From the NCBI RefSeq assembly GCF_964194155.1, contig NC_135910.1:9734001-9798000 (forward strand): 64,000 bases of DNA, given 5' to 3'. The stretch is from Cetorhinus maximus (taxonomy: Eukaryota). The notes beneath the pieces were generated by a model that was not told the DNA's origin, did no database searches, and saw only the letters and a list, made by a program, of their open reading frames with translations. Below, piece by piece: positions 1 to 11,582 of this stretch; position 1 is the stretch's first letter, and the number at the start of each line of letters is the position of its first letter. Both the position numbers and the translations under genes were made by a program.

Positions 1-205
1 AGCTCAAACTTCAAGATGTCAAAGTGAAATTCGTGACTTCACTTAAGCAGGAAGTAGGAAGAAAAGTCTGCAAAGAAACGACAGCTCTGCAGTAAGAAGT
101 TTTGTTCGGGAGGAACCAAATAAGTTACTGTCAAAACAACAAATTGACAATATAACGTTAATGATTTTTCTGTGATTGACAAGAAGTCCAAACCCAAGGA
201 TCTAG

Positions 206-600
206 AGTCATAGAGGTCTACAGCACAGAAAAAGACCCTTCGGCCCATCAAGTCTGCGCCGGTCAAACAAGCACCTAACTATTCTAATCCCATTTTCCAG
301 CACTAGGCCCATAGCCTTGTATGCCATGTGGCATCGCAAGTGCATATCCAAGTACTTCTTAAATGTTACGAGGGTTTCTGCCCCTACCACCCTTTCAGGC
401 AGTGAGCTCCAGATTCCCACCGCCCTCTGGGTGAAAAAATTCCTCACATCCCCTCTGAACCTCCTGCCCCTTACCTTAAATCTATGCCCTCTGGCTATTG
501 ATCCCTCCACCAAGGGGAAAAGATCCTTCCTGTCTACCCTATCTATGCCTCTCATAATTTTATACACCTCATTCATGTCCCCCCTCAATCTCCTCTGCTC
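206..600 (-). mobile_element. CR1 LINE 3' fragment
   Basis: ORF EQRRLRGDMNEVYKIMRGIDRVDRKDLFP...NFFTQRAVGIWSSLP plus the CR1 tail; same subfamily as 35372-36555. Confidence 0.9.
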
Positions 601-809
601 TAATTGCCAGTGTGACAATGTCGAGCATCAAACAGAATTATACAAATCCATTTCTTGGCAATGTAACATTGGAAATTCAGTCGTTTTTTTTGAAATTCAA
701 CATGAGAAAGTAATTGGGAACTATGGAAATGAACCCTCCACTTACACATGCAAGTTTTTCTTTTATCAGCTTGCGTCTCAATGATGAAAGCTCTGAGGTC
801 GTAAAAGTC

Positions 810-1050
810 TTTCAGGAGGTAAGTTAGGAAACAATTCTACATGCAAAACGTAGAAGTTTGAACCCTCTGCTGCATCTGGTAGTTGATGCTGAGTCAGTTA
901 TTAATTTTCAATCTGAGGTTGATAGACTTTGGATGATCAAAGTCATATGGTGCAAAAGTGGGTACATGGAGTTAGGTCACAGAACAGCCATAATTGCATT
1001 GAATGGCAGAAGAAGCTCAAAGGGCTAAATGATCTGCTCCAGTTCCCATA
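810..1050 (+). mobile_element. Old CR1 LINE 3' end fragment
   Basis: ttcaggag..aagttaggaaac...gatagactt...agggctaaatgatctgctccagttcc follows the CR1 3' end pattern. Confidence 0.65.
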
Positions 1051-2829
1051 TCCGCAATTCAGTACTGAATTTCTTTGGTCCAATAATGGAGTCAGAAAAC
1101 ACTTCTTGAATTCATTCATGGGATGTGGGTGTTGCTGGCAAGGCCAGTTTTTATTGCCCATCTTTCCAGAAGTGATGGTGAGCCACCTTCGTGAAAAAAT
1201 TCATGTGGTAATGGTTATATTGTGTTGTTGTTAGGCAGGAAGTTCTACGATTTTGACCCAGTGACGACGAAGAATTGGTGATATATTTCCAAGTCAGGAT
1301 AGTTTGTGTCCACAGTCATATGCCAAATGGTTCATGATTTTACATTGGAGGGGACCACCCTGAATTATGAGAAATATTTAAGAAACATCTCCAGGGACAT
1401 TCTTTCTTCAGGAGACTAAACAAGAAATTATATGTTGGCTCCTTTGGATAAATCAGAAAGCATCGCTCACCCATTGAGTTGGAAAACTCTTAAATTTCTG
1501 TCCGTGAAGCAGGAGTTAAGAAGACGCAAAGTCAAAAAGGCTGTCTCTATTTTGGAAACAAGTGCTAGGCAGGCAGTTGGGCAGCAAAAGATCTAAAACT
1601 TAAAAGAGGCTTGGTTGATGGCTGTAGAACAGAATGCTGGATGTTTATTCTGTTTCAGATGAAGTGGAGTGGTGCTACATTATGTTATAAAAATAATGAA
1701 TATGCAAAGAGAATTTTACCAATTAATCATATCTATTGCTTTGTACATTAACCTTACTGTTGAATAAAACGGTTTAATGCTTCAAACAAAATGTTGTCTT
1801 CTCTCATGTTAAGTCTTCGGAGGGTGTAAAATTTACATGTGAAAGAGACAGTGACCCGGTCAAATTTGCAAATTTGTTTGATTTTCATACCACTAGTTTC
1901 TGCTATCATACAAGCAGTAATAGGGCAATGGGAACCAACTGCTATGCTCAGATCACTTGCAGGGAATGACTGATACCACCAAATTCAAAGAGATATCTAC
2001 ATCGGACCCGTATCCAGAGTGGACCTGAATTTGTGGCAGTTACCTGGTATACTGGTTACACTGGTGATGAAGGCTTTATAAGAATATTTAAGATTTCAAA
2101 ATGATGGAACAGAAACAACATTTTCTAAAATAGTAACCAGCGCAGAAGAGGGAGAAATTAAGAGAGTATTTCAGTCAGAGAAATAAGTCTAAATTAAGAG
2201 CATGGGTACAAGAGAAAGTATTTGGAATGTGCCCAAACCATAATGGTGATCAGAGGGAAGTCAACCATATTCACTCAACCACAGTTGTGTCTCAATCACT
2301 AGCAGTGCTGTAAGTTCAACCTAACTGAAAGCAGAAATGCATTGTAGAGTTATTTTCATGAAACAAGTGGCTGGAGGGGCTGATTGGCCTACTCCAATAT
2401 TCCTATAAATAGGCTGCAAGCGCACCTTGGGCTGCTGATCTGAGTGTAGCACGTTGTGAGCTTGACAATAGGCACTACCCTGCTTTCAGCACAGTGATAG
2501 GTTTGTAGGGAAGAACAATTAGTCAAATTGGAGTTAATAGGGAGCATTCCTTGTACGAGGTGTGTCATTGGCATGAACTTGCTCTGAAGGACAACTCACC
2601 TCACAGGTACCAACTATTAGCATCAAATCGACCTGTTGCTCTGTGCATGTGAAGCTATAGGATGACTCACTTCTAAAAGAAGTTCCTCATCCAGGACATA
2701 TGTTATAAGCATATATTTTTCAATTAGGCTGTTGTGGTTCTCTGTGCGATCTTTTGAGTTTGGCCATTCATGAGAATTTTAGCTGTGCTCACAGCTAAAA
2801 CTGGGGTTTTAATGACAGAGCAACCATTT

Positions 2830-3237
2830 AGAAAGACTTGTATTTATACAGATGTTTCACATCCCAAAGTACTTTATATGAAGTACTATTGAAGTATATT
2901 TACTGTTGTAATGTAGAAAGTGGCAGTCAATTTGCACACAGCAAGCTCACACAAACAACAATGTAATAACAGAATCTTGCAAGTGATGGTTGAGGGCTAA
3001 ACAGCATCTAGGACACTGGGGAGAACACCCTTGTTCTTTATTGATATTGCAGCATGGAATTTCTCTGGCATCTAACTGAGAAGGCAGATGGGACTTTGGT
3101 TTAGCTTCTCATCTGAAGAATGGCACCTCTGACCATGCAACATTCCTCCAGAGTGGATAATGTGTTCAAGTTTCTAGTGTGGGATTTAGAACCCACAATG
3201 TTCTAACTCAAAGTGTTTCCCACGGAACTACACCTTG
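2830..3237 (-). mobile_element. tRNA-derived Deu-domain SINE (SacSINE1-like)
   Basis: Shares the aatttgcacacagcaagctc core, the aagacttgtatttata tail and a B-box-like head with many other copies (e.g. 8505, 32180, 39215, 44455, 51160). Confidence 0.7.
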
Positions 3238-6200
3238 CACATTTTCAATTGTAAATCCAACAGAGGAGAAAGGGAGGGATTGGTAAGTGCCAACATGTAT
3301 TCTTCTTTCCCTGAATAAAAATGGTGGTGCTCCTTTTCATGCTTTATAGCTTCTGTTGAAATAATAAGGTACAGTTCTTGGGATGGCCATCAGAGGGAGC
3401 AATGAGCACACCCTCTGATTTCAATTCCAAGTGCCCACTCTCCACATTTACAGGCCACTTGGGTTGTTGACCTGCTGATTGTCTCTTGGATTCTCTGTTT
3501 TCATTTCAGATTTCCAGCATCAACAGTATTTTGTTCTTTTGCTCAATATTTACACATATTGACTATTCAATCCTCCATCTTCTGTTGGGAGGGTGCAGTT
3601 ACAATAACATTCAACAACCTCATGGTGTCATTGGTAAGCTTACAATGCCTTTGCTGCTCAGCAGCGTCACCAAATGGCAGCATGGCATTACTGCAGCCTT
3701 ACAGTGGCCAATGGAATAAGACCGGTGGAATAGTGAGGCTGTTCGATCTGCTTTTAATTCTTGCTATGGTGATACTTTAACAGTCCCTTTTTTATTTGTT
3801 AGAAAGGGTTAATCATTCCTAGCACTAAACTGGAGGAAAAATGAGTGATTCAGGATGTGTTATGCTGAAGGCTGAATGATCCCATTGTTCTGTAGTTGAA
3901 ACAGTCTCAAAGAAAAACACCATCGTTCACTTTAGTTTAAAAGAAACAGTTTTATTATACAAAAGCATCCTGTGCCTACTTGGACTGGGCCTTTGGTGTA
4001 TATAAACTTACATGAATTGGCTCCAAGAGGGGCAGGAGTGAGGATGAACTGGGAGAGGACCTGGCTGATTTGAGAGACAGAACAGCCGAGATTGGACCAG
4101 GCAGGTTGCAGGACCGGCTGTCTATTCACGTGCTAATACAGTAGGCTGAACCCAGTTCCTCAAAGCCACCAGTCTTCTGTAACCCGTTTGGTCGATACAC
4201 ACAATTCATCAACAGTCCAAGCAGCCTATAAATGCTATCATACTGTCAGTGGAGAGAGGGCACTGGTCAAAGAAAGTAGAGGCTTTGCTTCTTGTTTCAA
4301 TAGAAAAAGTGGTGCTCTTCCATTTTTATCTGGGAAAAGAGCACATTAATAACTCATCAGGATCTCTCTCTCCCCTCGGCTTTACCATTGGAAATATATC
4401 AGCCATGGCTCAGGGGTAATATGCTTCTTGTAAGTTTATGTGTTCCATCTCCACTCCAGCCACCCTGTATCATCCCATTTAATCGGCCACTTGGATTCTT
4501 GGTCAGTACCAAGCTGTGCAACTTACCTCACATAGCTATAACTTTCAAAAGGGAATTAGGTGTGTACGGCAAAAGAAAAAACATACAAGGCAATGGGGAG
4601 TAGGTCTAATTGGATAGGTCTCCCAAAAAAAGCCATTACGGACTTATGATATTTATTGTCTGCCTCATACTAGAGACCCTTGGCCCCAAATTAATATGGC
4701 ACACTGGTCCCTCAGTGTCGGGAACGACCCAAAGACCTCCTCTCTACACACTCAGAATTCACAAGCTTTCCCACAGACTCTTATGCAAGAGACGTTGTTG
4801 GGATTTAATGTCTTTGTCTTGAGTCAAAGGAAGTGCTACGTTCTGTATGACGAGCCTCCAGGACTATACAACAAGGGTTAGGGCTCCAACTCAGGTTGGA
4901 TGTATTCCTGGCGGTTTCATCACATGACCTCCCATCTCCAATCACCCACCAGTCAAACAGCCATTGTCCCATCTCAAATCAATGAAAGTGTCCAAAGTAA
5001 GTTGTAAAAAACCTTTTTAAAAAGATTTTTCTCTCAGGTTGCTCATAGCGGTGTCCAGGAAATTAACCTTTAATTTTAAAGTGTAGTCACTGTTATAATG
5101 CAGGAAATGTGGCAGCCAATTTATGCACGGCAAGATCTCCAATGGCTATATACTTATGGCTGGGAAATAAAGTCAAACGTGTACCAACAAGAATAAAGGG
5201 TGGGACTATCCACTAGGCAGAGGCCAATCCATACTACACACAAATGTTTCTTTTATACATTTGTATTAAATAAACCAGGAACCATGATAAAGCTCAGACT
5301 CTGGCCCAACCCTTAGGATCATGTTGAACACAACGTATAACCTAATCCAACTAGAACCCATGACATTTACAAAGAGTCTATTCCGTCTCACGTAGTTTAC
5401 ATTGTCCTTGTTCGGACGATGGCCCAGGAGTCATAATAGTTAGATGCTGGTGGGGGATGGGGTTAGATTCTTCCTCGACGGGGCAGCTAAGGTGAGCTGA
5501 AGGGCCTAGCCCAACTCACTGTGTTTTGTGACTGTGTAGTTCTAGCTGCCTCTTTGGGCTGTTTTATTGTTCTATTGCTAGGCAGCGGTCTTGGGGAATT
5601 GTGCCCGTTGCTGGTGAAGCTATGCTCTGCTTCCACATAAACAGTGTCAGGAGGAAGATCATTCATTCTTTCAAGCATGGTGTAGGAAAGCCAATGTTAG
5701 TACAGGTGTCCTACTGGCTCCATCCACCATGTGGACAGGAAATGCAAGAGAAACGAGGTGCCCAATGACCTCTCCAACCCCACATCCACACTCTAATATT
5801 GCCTCCCTAGCTGCAGTAGATTCTTAACTCATTCCCAACCATTTATGGTCCCCACTTAGACACAGGGCTAGTTTCACTTCAGTGAACCCTCCATTGCTGA
5901 ATTAGACACAATGTTTAGTGTTTGTCAGAAATGGTGCATGTGGAAAAAAACTGAATTCATAACTGCTGTATATTTCAAATAATTACAGCTGTCACTTTCA
6001 GAAAATAGCCATGTAATCAGAGACTGTTCCAGCTTTAAATTCCGGCTGGATTAATGGGCTTCAGTCCAAAGCCTGCAATGGAAAGGCTGAAGCTACGTCT
6101 GTCATCCATCCAGACCTAGGAGAGAGTGAACCTAGGGTATTTGGAAGGTTGGTTAGATACTCAGGATTCAGACAAGAGGGAAGAGTCACCCCTCTGATGA

Positions 6201-6602
6201 TATGCACACATAGGTATGTACATACATTAATAAAGACCCTACAACACTACAGTTCAGGAGACAAAATCGGATTGTTTTGGTTTTCTAAAAATCATACATA
6301 GGATGTAAGGCACTTGCTGTCCATAAAAGCTTACTTCCTCCTATCATTATTTTTGGTCCCACTTTTCAGATAACTTCTCTCAATGTAAATTGCTATGTCA
6401 ACATTTCCTATTCAATTTCATTATGTCAACAGTCGCTGCAATTGTAGGCTCTGGCCAGTAGGTGGCTCCACAATACATTTCTGAAGTGTCAACTCCATTG
6501 TTTTGTACTTAAAAACAAGTCTATTCTCAATCGACTAAGAAGACTGCCACTTGTGGATTTACTGGCCTATAAAAAGAATTTGCAAACCAGAAAAGGAACA
6601 CA

Positions 6603-6608
6603 TTTATT
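6603..6608 (-). terminator. Candidate polyadenylation signal (AATAAA) of the CDKL gene
   Basis: tttatt on plus, about 400 nt downstream of the stop codon, followed on the minus strand by T/GT-rich sequence (tgttccttttctggtttg). Confidence 0.55.
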
Positions 6609-7006
6609 GTAAGTAGGTCACCACTTTGGCTGTATGTTTCAGGTATCTTCATATATTAAAAAGGGGCCTGGCCATCAGGAGAATTACTATTTGCCAGGCA
6701 GGTTCTGCCAACCACACATTGCAATATTAGCACAGGCCTGTCACACAACTCGATGGAGTTGACATTCACTTGGGGGTTGGATTTCCTGCACAAAAATGGT
6801 GCCAAATCAAGAACGCAATTTCTTACCAAAGACAAATCCCTCTCCAGTGCCTAACCCCTTCCTTAAAATGCCCACAACTGAATGACCAAGTCTCTTGAAA
6901 TGCAGAGTGGTTTTGGAAGCAGTTGTCAGGAGTTCCACTTGGTGGGGAAGTTGTGGAAGTGCAGGTGGGTGTTTGGCTGGGCTCGCTGGCTTTTGCTACC
7001 ATATAG

Positions 7007-7108
7007 TCAGATGTTGGGCAAGTGATGGTCGTACTTGTGCCGGTGGTACTTCTTGGTCTCAGGTGCTGGCGAGATGTTGCTGCTCGTTAGTTGAGGCAGG
7101 TACTGGAG
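7007..7108 (-). CDS. CDKL1: CDKL kinase terminal coding exon 9 (102 nt including TGA)
   Basis: LQYLPQLTSSNISPAPETKKYHRHKYDHHLPNI* matches the LPQL...PNI C-terminus of CDKL1/4, after a long polypyrimidine tract ending cccctag. The nine exons total 1053 nt, i.e. 350 aa plus stop. Confidence 0.92.
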   Translation of the reverse strand, partial: LQYLPQLTSSNISPAPETKKYHRHKYDHHLPNI

Positions 7109-7509
7109 CTAGGGGAGCAGAGGAGAAAAGACAAATGAAAAGGTACAATCACAATCTCTTCTCATAGTGCAGGCTATTTGGTCTCAAGGTTTATTGCAGT
7201 CCAGCCTCCTCTCATATACGATGCATTTTCCAAAGGGACAACTGGATGGTAATGAAGAGCAGGAACATTAACTCATTCCTGATCCCTACAGCAACAATAT
7301 CCCTCTTCCACCTACTGTTCCAGCTAAGATAGACTAACTCAGCACAGGGCAGGAATGATCCCTGGTCTGTTGTAACTCAGCAACCACACTGGGTCGTGTG
7401 TTTACCCAGGACTTTAGCACACCGAGGCAGACACTTCAGTACAGTCCTGAGGGAGTTCTGCACTGTCAGAGGCGCTGTTAGCCAAATGTGACATTAAACC
7501 AGGGCTCCT

Positions 7510-8225
7510 TGCCCAGGTAATCTGGATATAGGACTGGAGACAGCAATGTCAAAATTTGCAGAACCAGCTTACTATGACCATCTTTGGGTAACTGGACAGT
7601 TTGAGAGAGGGGGATCAGGTGACGAACAAGCTCTTTGTGTTTTAAGAAACTGTTTTCCAGGCTGGTCAGTGAGAGACCAGAAAGACCAAATGGGCACCCT
7701 CTCTTCCCCAGCCTTTCTGCAAGCTTGTGCCTTGCCTCTTTTTTTGACTAGCCTCAGCAGGCAGCATCTTAAATTTCAACCCAGCTGCTGACTCCGGAAG
7801 ACAAGACTGAAATCGCCTGTCAATGTCTTTAAATCATCTTGCGCAGAATCCAGGAAGATCATCGAGCCCAATCTAAAACCATCCAAGCCATCAACTGACC
7901 TTTTTTTGGACTCTTGGCAATTTAACCTACTGTCCCACTTTGTAACTTGTGTATGTGTGTACTCTTGAATGCATGTGAGTGTGTGAGTTGCAGAGTTTTT
8001 ATTATTTTGTTTAGATCAGGTGTTAAGTACAATAAATACTATTCTCTTTACTTTTAAATCTTACAAGAATACCTGTCTGTATGTGTCTTTTACAGTCACA
8101 GGACTTAAATAGTTAAGCACGCACTGAATTGGCAAACAAATTCTTTAAAAAAAAACCACCTGTTACGGTCAACTGAAAGGCAGAAAGAGAGGGGAGTCAT
8201 CCTATCACTTTTCACCTGGCCATAC
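7510..8225 (+). mobile_element. Probable solo LTR remnant
   Basis: Non-coding, with a GT-rich block and a degenerate poly(A)-signal-like segment, ending cacctggccatac. Recognised by resemblance only; TG...CA termini were not confirmed. Confidence 0.3.
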
Positions 8226-8504
8226 TGGAAATTGTGAATCTGTATAAAAGGTTTAACACCACTGTTGGAGTACTGCATGCAGTTTGGGACTCTACATTAT
8301 TGAAGATATGTTGAGGCAATATAGAGGGTACAGCGCAGATTTACGAGGATGAGGAAATAGAGATATTAAGAACGACTTAAGTTAGGGATTTTTTTTTGTT
8401 AGAACAGAGGGGATTAAAGGATGACTTGATAAAGGCATTAAGAAATTATTAAAGAATGGACAGAGTAGATAGGAACAGATCATTTCCAGATGAAACAAAA
8501 AAAA

Positions 8505-9315
8505 TTGTATAGCATTTGTATAGCACCTTTCATAACCATCAGACATCTCAAAGCACTTTACAGCCAAAGATGTTCTTTTGAAGTGTAGTCATTGCTGTAA
8601 TGTAGGAAACACCACTGCCAATTTGCACACAGCAAGCTCCAATGAGATAATGACCAAGTCATCTGTTTTTATGATGTTGATTGAAGGATAAATATTAGCC
8701 AGCATACTGTGGATAACTCCCATTCTTCTTTGAAATAGTACCATGGACTATTTCAAATAGTACTTTTATGTCCATCTGAGGGGGCAGATTGGGCCTCAGT
8801 TTAACATCTCACCCAAAAGACAGCACTTCGGACAGTTCTGGTTTTTATTCATTCTGTCAAGGGATGTGGGTGTCGCTAGCAAGGCCATCAGTTGTTGCCC
8901 ATCCCTGATTGTTCTTGGACTGAGTGGCTTGCTAGGCCATTTCAAAGGGCAGCTAAGAGTCAACTACATTACTATGGGTCTGGAGTCACATGTACACCAG
9001 ACCAGGAAGAGATAGCAGATTTCCTTCCCTAAAGGACATTAGTGAACCAGATGTATTTTTACAACAATCAACAACAGTTTCACGGTCACTATTACTGAGA
9101 CTAGCTTTTAATTTCAGATTCAATCATTGAATTTAAATTCCACCAGCCTCCATGGTGGGATTTGAACCCCAGAACATTAGTCTGGGCCTCTGGATTACTA
9201 GTCTTGAGATATTGCCACTAAACCACCACCTCCCTTACACTCCTCCAGTGCTGCAGTCAGCCTTGACATTGTGCTCAAGTCCTGGAGTGGGACTTGAACC
9301 CACACCACAACCTTG

Positions 9316-9347
<32 letters not shown>

Positions 9348-9357
9348 AACAGCTGAC
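8505..9357 (-). mobile_element. Deu-domain SINE split by a second nested tRNA-SINE (about 8845-9235)
   Basis: The Deu-SINE body at 8505-8840 resumes at ~9237 and ends in a tRNA head. The insert has its own head (ggttcaaatcccacc on minus) and the gggatgggcaac tail also seen at 20720-21080 and 58215-58555. Confidence 0.7.
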
Positions 9358-9844
9358 ACAGAATGAGGCAATGTAGATACAAGATTAAATGCAAAAGGCT
9401 TAGGACAGAGAGCAGAACGACTTTCTTTTAAATATACAGTTTTGAGGCTGTGGAGTGTGCTCCAAGAAAGTGATTGAGGAAGAGACCGTGTAACCATTTA
9501 AACATCAGATAGGCATATTGCTGAAGGGAAGCAATGTATGTACAGGCCTTTTCTGCAGTGAAGGCCTTGATACCAACATCTCGTGTTCACGTACAATCTC
9601 TTCTAAAATTCTTATTTTTTGAGCACTGCCTTTTGGAAAATCAAACTTTGGGCCAGAGGGGTAGCAGCTACCGACCAAGGAGGGCATATCAAATTATAGG
9701 ATTACTCCTGGGGTGCAGCATAAACATCAACACGGGGATTCAGGTCGAATGGCCTATCCTTACATTGTAATATCTCTGTAATTCAGTGTTAAAGGCACTA
9801 TTGTCCTGGCTCAATCTAGATCCCTCAAACAGCATTAGTGAAAG

Positions 9845-11275
9845 ATAACCTGGTCAGTTAGCTTAACATCTGTCATTGGGAAAAGTGCTGGCATCCATTA
9901 TTAAAGTAGCAGGGCACCTAGAAAATCATAATAAAACCATGTTGATTCTGCCTGATTGTATGAAAGGAAATTGGCGTTTGACATATTTATTAGAGCACTT
10001 AGAGGATGTAGTGAGATGGATGGACAAAGGGGAACCTATAGATGTTGTGTATGTTGATTTCCAAAGGCATTTGATATGGTGCCATAAAAAAGGTTACTGT
10101 ACATGGTGTTTGGGGTAACATATTAGCATGGATAGAGGATTGGTTAACTAACAGGAAACAGTCAGGATAAGCGGATCATTTTCTAGTGGGGTGCCAACGG
10201 AAATCAGTGCTGGGTCTAAACTATTTACAATTTATATTGACTTGAAGGGACAGAGTATATTGTAGCTTGTAGGCCAATATGCTGATGACACAAAGATCGG
10301 TGGGAAAGTAAGTTCTGTAGAGGACACAGAGTTTGCAAAGGAATACGGATAGGTTAAGTGAATGGAGAAAATTTGGCAGATGGAGTATAATATGGGAAAA
10401 TCCACTGATAGAAAGAATAGAAAATCAAAACATTAATTAAATGGAGAGAGACTGCAGAATGCTATGGCAGAGGGATGTGAGTGTCTTTGTAAATGAAACA
10501 CAAAATATTAGCATGCGGGTATAGCAATCAGGAGGGCAAATGGAATATTCACCTTTATTGCAAGGGGGATGGAGTGTAAAAGTGGGGAAGTCTTTCTACA
10601 ATAGCATTGGTGAGACCATTCCTAGAATACTGCATCCAGTTTTAGCCTCCTTGGCTAGAATTTTCCAGCACCTCACGTTGGCAGGATCTTCTGATCCCAC
10701 CGATATGATTGGAAGTTTCAGTGGCTCGCTGGCCCTGCCGCAGGGGAACTGGAAGATTCTGGCTCTTATTTAAGGAGGGATATACTTGCATTAGAGGCAG
10801 TTCAGAGAAGGTTGACTAGGTTGATTCCCTGGATATGTTTTTTTTAGGGAAGGTTGAGCAGGTTGGACTCATTGAGATTTAGAAGAATGAGAGGTGATCT
10901 TATTGAAACATATATGATTGATAGGACTTGCCAGGATGAATGCTGAGAGGACATTTCCCTTGTGGGAATCTAGAACTAGGGGGCATAGTTCCAGAATAAG
11001 GGGTTGCCTCTTTAAAATGGAGATGAGGAGGAATTTCTTCTCTCACAGGGAATTAATCTTTGCATTTATCCCACAGAGCAGTGGGGGCTGAGTCATTGAA
11101 TATATTCAAGGCTGAGACAGACAGATTTTTGAATTGTAGAGGAAATCGAGGGTTGTTAGGAATAAGCAGGAAAGTAGAGTTGAGGCCAAAACCAGATCAA
11201 CCATAATCTTACTGAATGGCAGAGCAGGTTCAAGGGGCCGAATGGCCTACTCCTGTTCCTTTTTTGATGTTATTA
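9845..11275 (+). mobile_element. Decayed CR1 LINE (RT to 3' end)
   Basis: Remnants DVVYVDFQ, gctgatgacacaaag (ADDTK) and agaagaatgagaggtgatcttattgaa, plus the tail gggccgaatggcctactcctg. Confidence 0.85.
10653..10764. mobile_element. Small MITE-like insertion inside the CR1
   Basis: Imperfect TIRs gctagaattttccag / ctggaagattctggc; it interrupts the CR1 sequence ctcctt|...|cttatttaagg. Confidence 0.7.
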
Positions 11276-11426
11276 TGGTCATAAGTAACTTTTGGGGAAT
11301 CTGATGCAACTGACAAGGTTCTAACCCCTGTACATTATCCACATCACCTACTTTTGACTTAAAATGGCTGAGCAGTGGTCAGTTAACTCCAACAATCAAC
11401 AATGGCTTGAAGCACTGTGCCCTTAC

Positions 11427-11582
11427 CCCAGGTGGCCGCCTGCGTGGCATCCTCTCATGCCTCCTGTTGTGCTTCTCAGCATCTCTGCTGCTGTCCATCT
11501 CCTCCCGGCAGCTGTCAAAGTGTGGGTGCTGCAGCAACTGCTCGCATGTCAGTCTCTCCGTGGGGTTCATCATCAGACAGCC
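11427..11582 (-). CDS. CDKL1: CDKL kinase coding exon 8 (156 nt)
   Basis: GCLMMNPTERLTCEQLLQHPHFDSCREEMDSSRDAEKHNRRHERMPRRRPPG covers kinase subdomain XI plus a basic tail; acceptor gtcccag, donor GTAAG. Confidence 0.92.

Larger units (their letters stand above)
610..3720 (+). pseudogene. Heavily decayed, apparently intronless Dicer-like (platform-PAZ-connector-RNase IIIa-RNase IIIb) relic
   Basis: Colinear motifs across frameshifts and stops: NYMLAPL..LSWKTLKFL (1426-1500), NQLLCSDHL (1933-1959), GPVSRVDLNLWQLPGILVTLVMKAL*EYLRFQ (to 2099), KFNL/KAEM..FMKQV (2312-2369), EGQLTS/RYQLLASN (2586-2628), SVEIIRYS..AM(T)HP (3352-3414) and GKLT/LCCSAASPNGSMALL (3633-3693). Aligned by eye only. Confidence 0.5.

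Noticed and set aside
812-826. Perfect-looking splice donor GAG/GTAAGT that would make the Dicer-like relic intron-containing
   Set aside because: It coincides with the start of a CR1 3' fragment (ttcaggagtgaa(a/g)ttaggaaacac pattern, cf. 40692), so it is repeat-derived.
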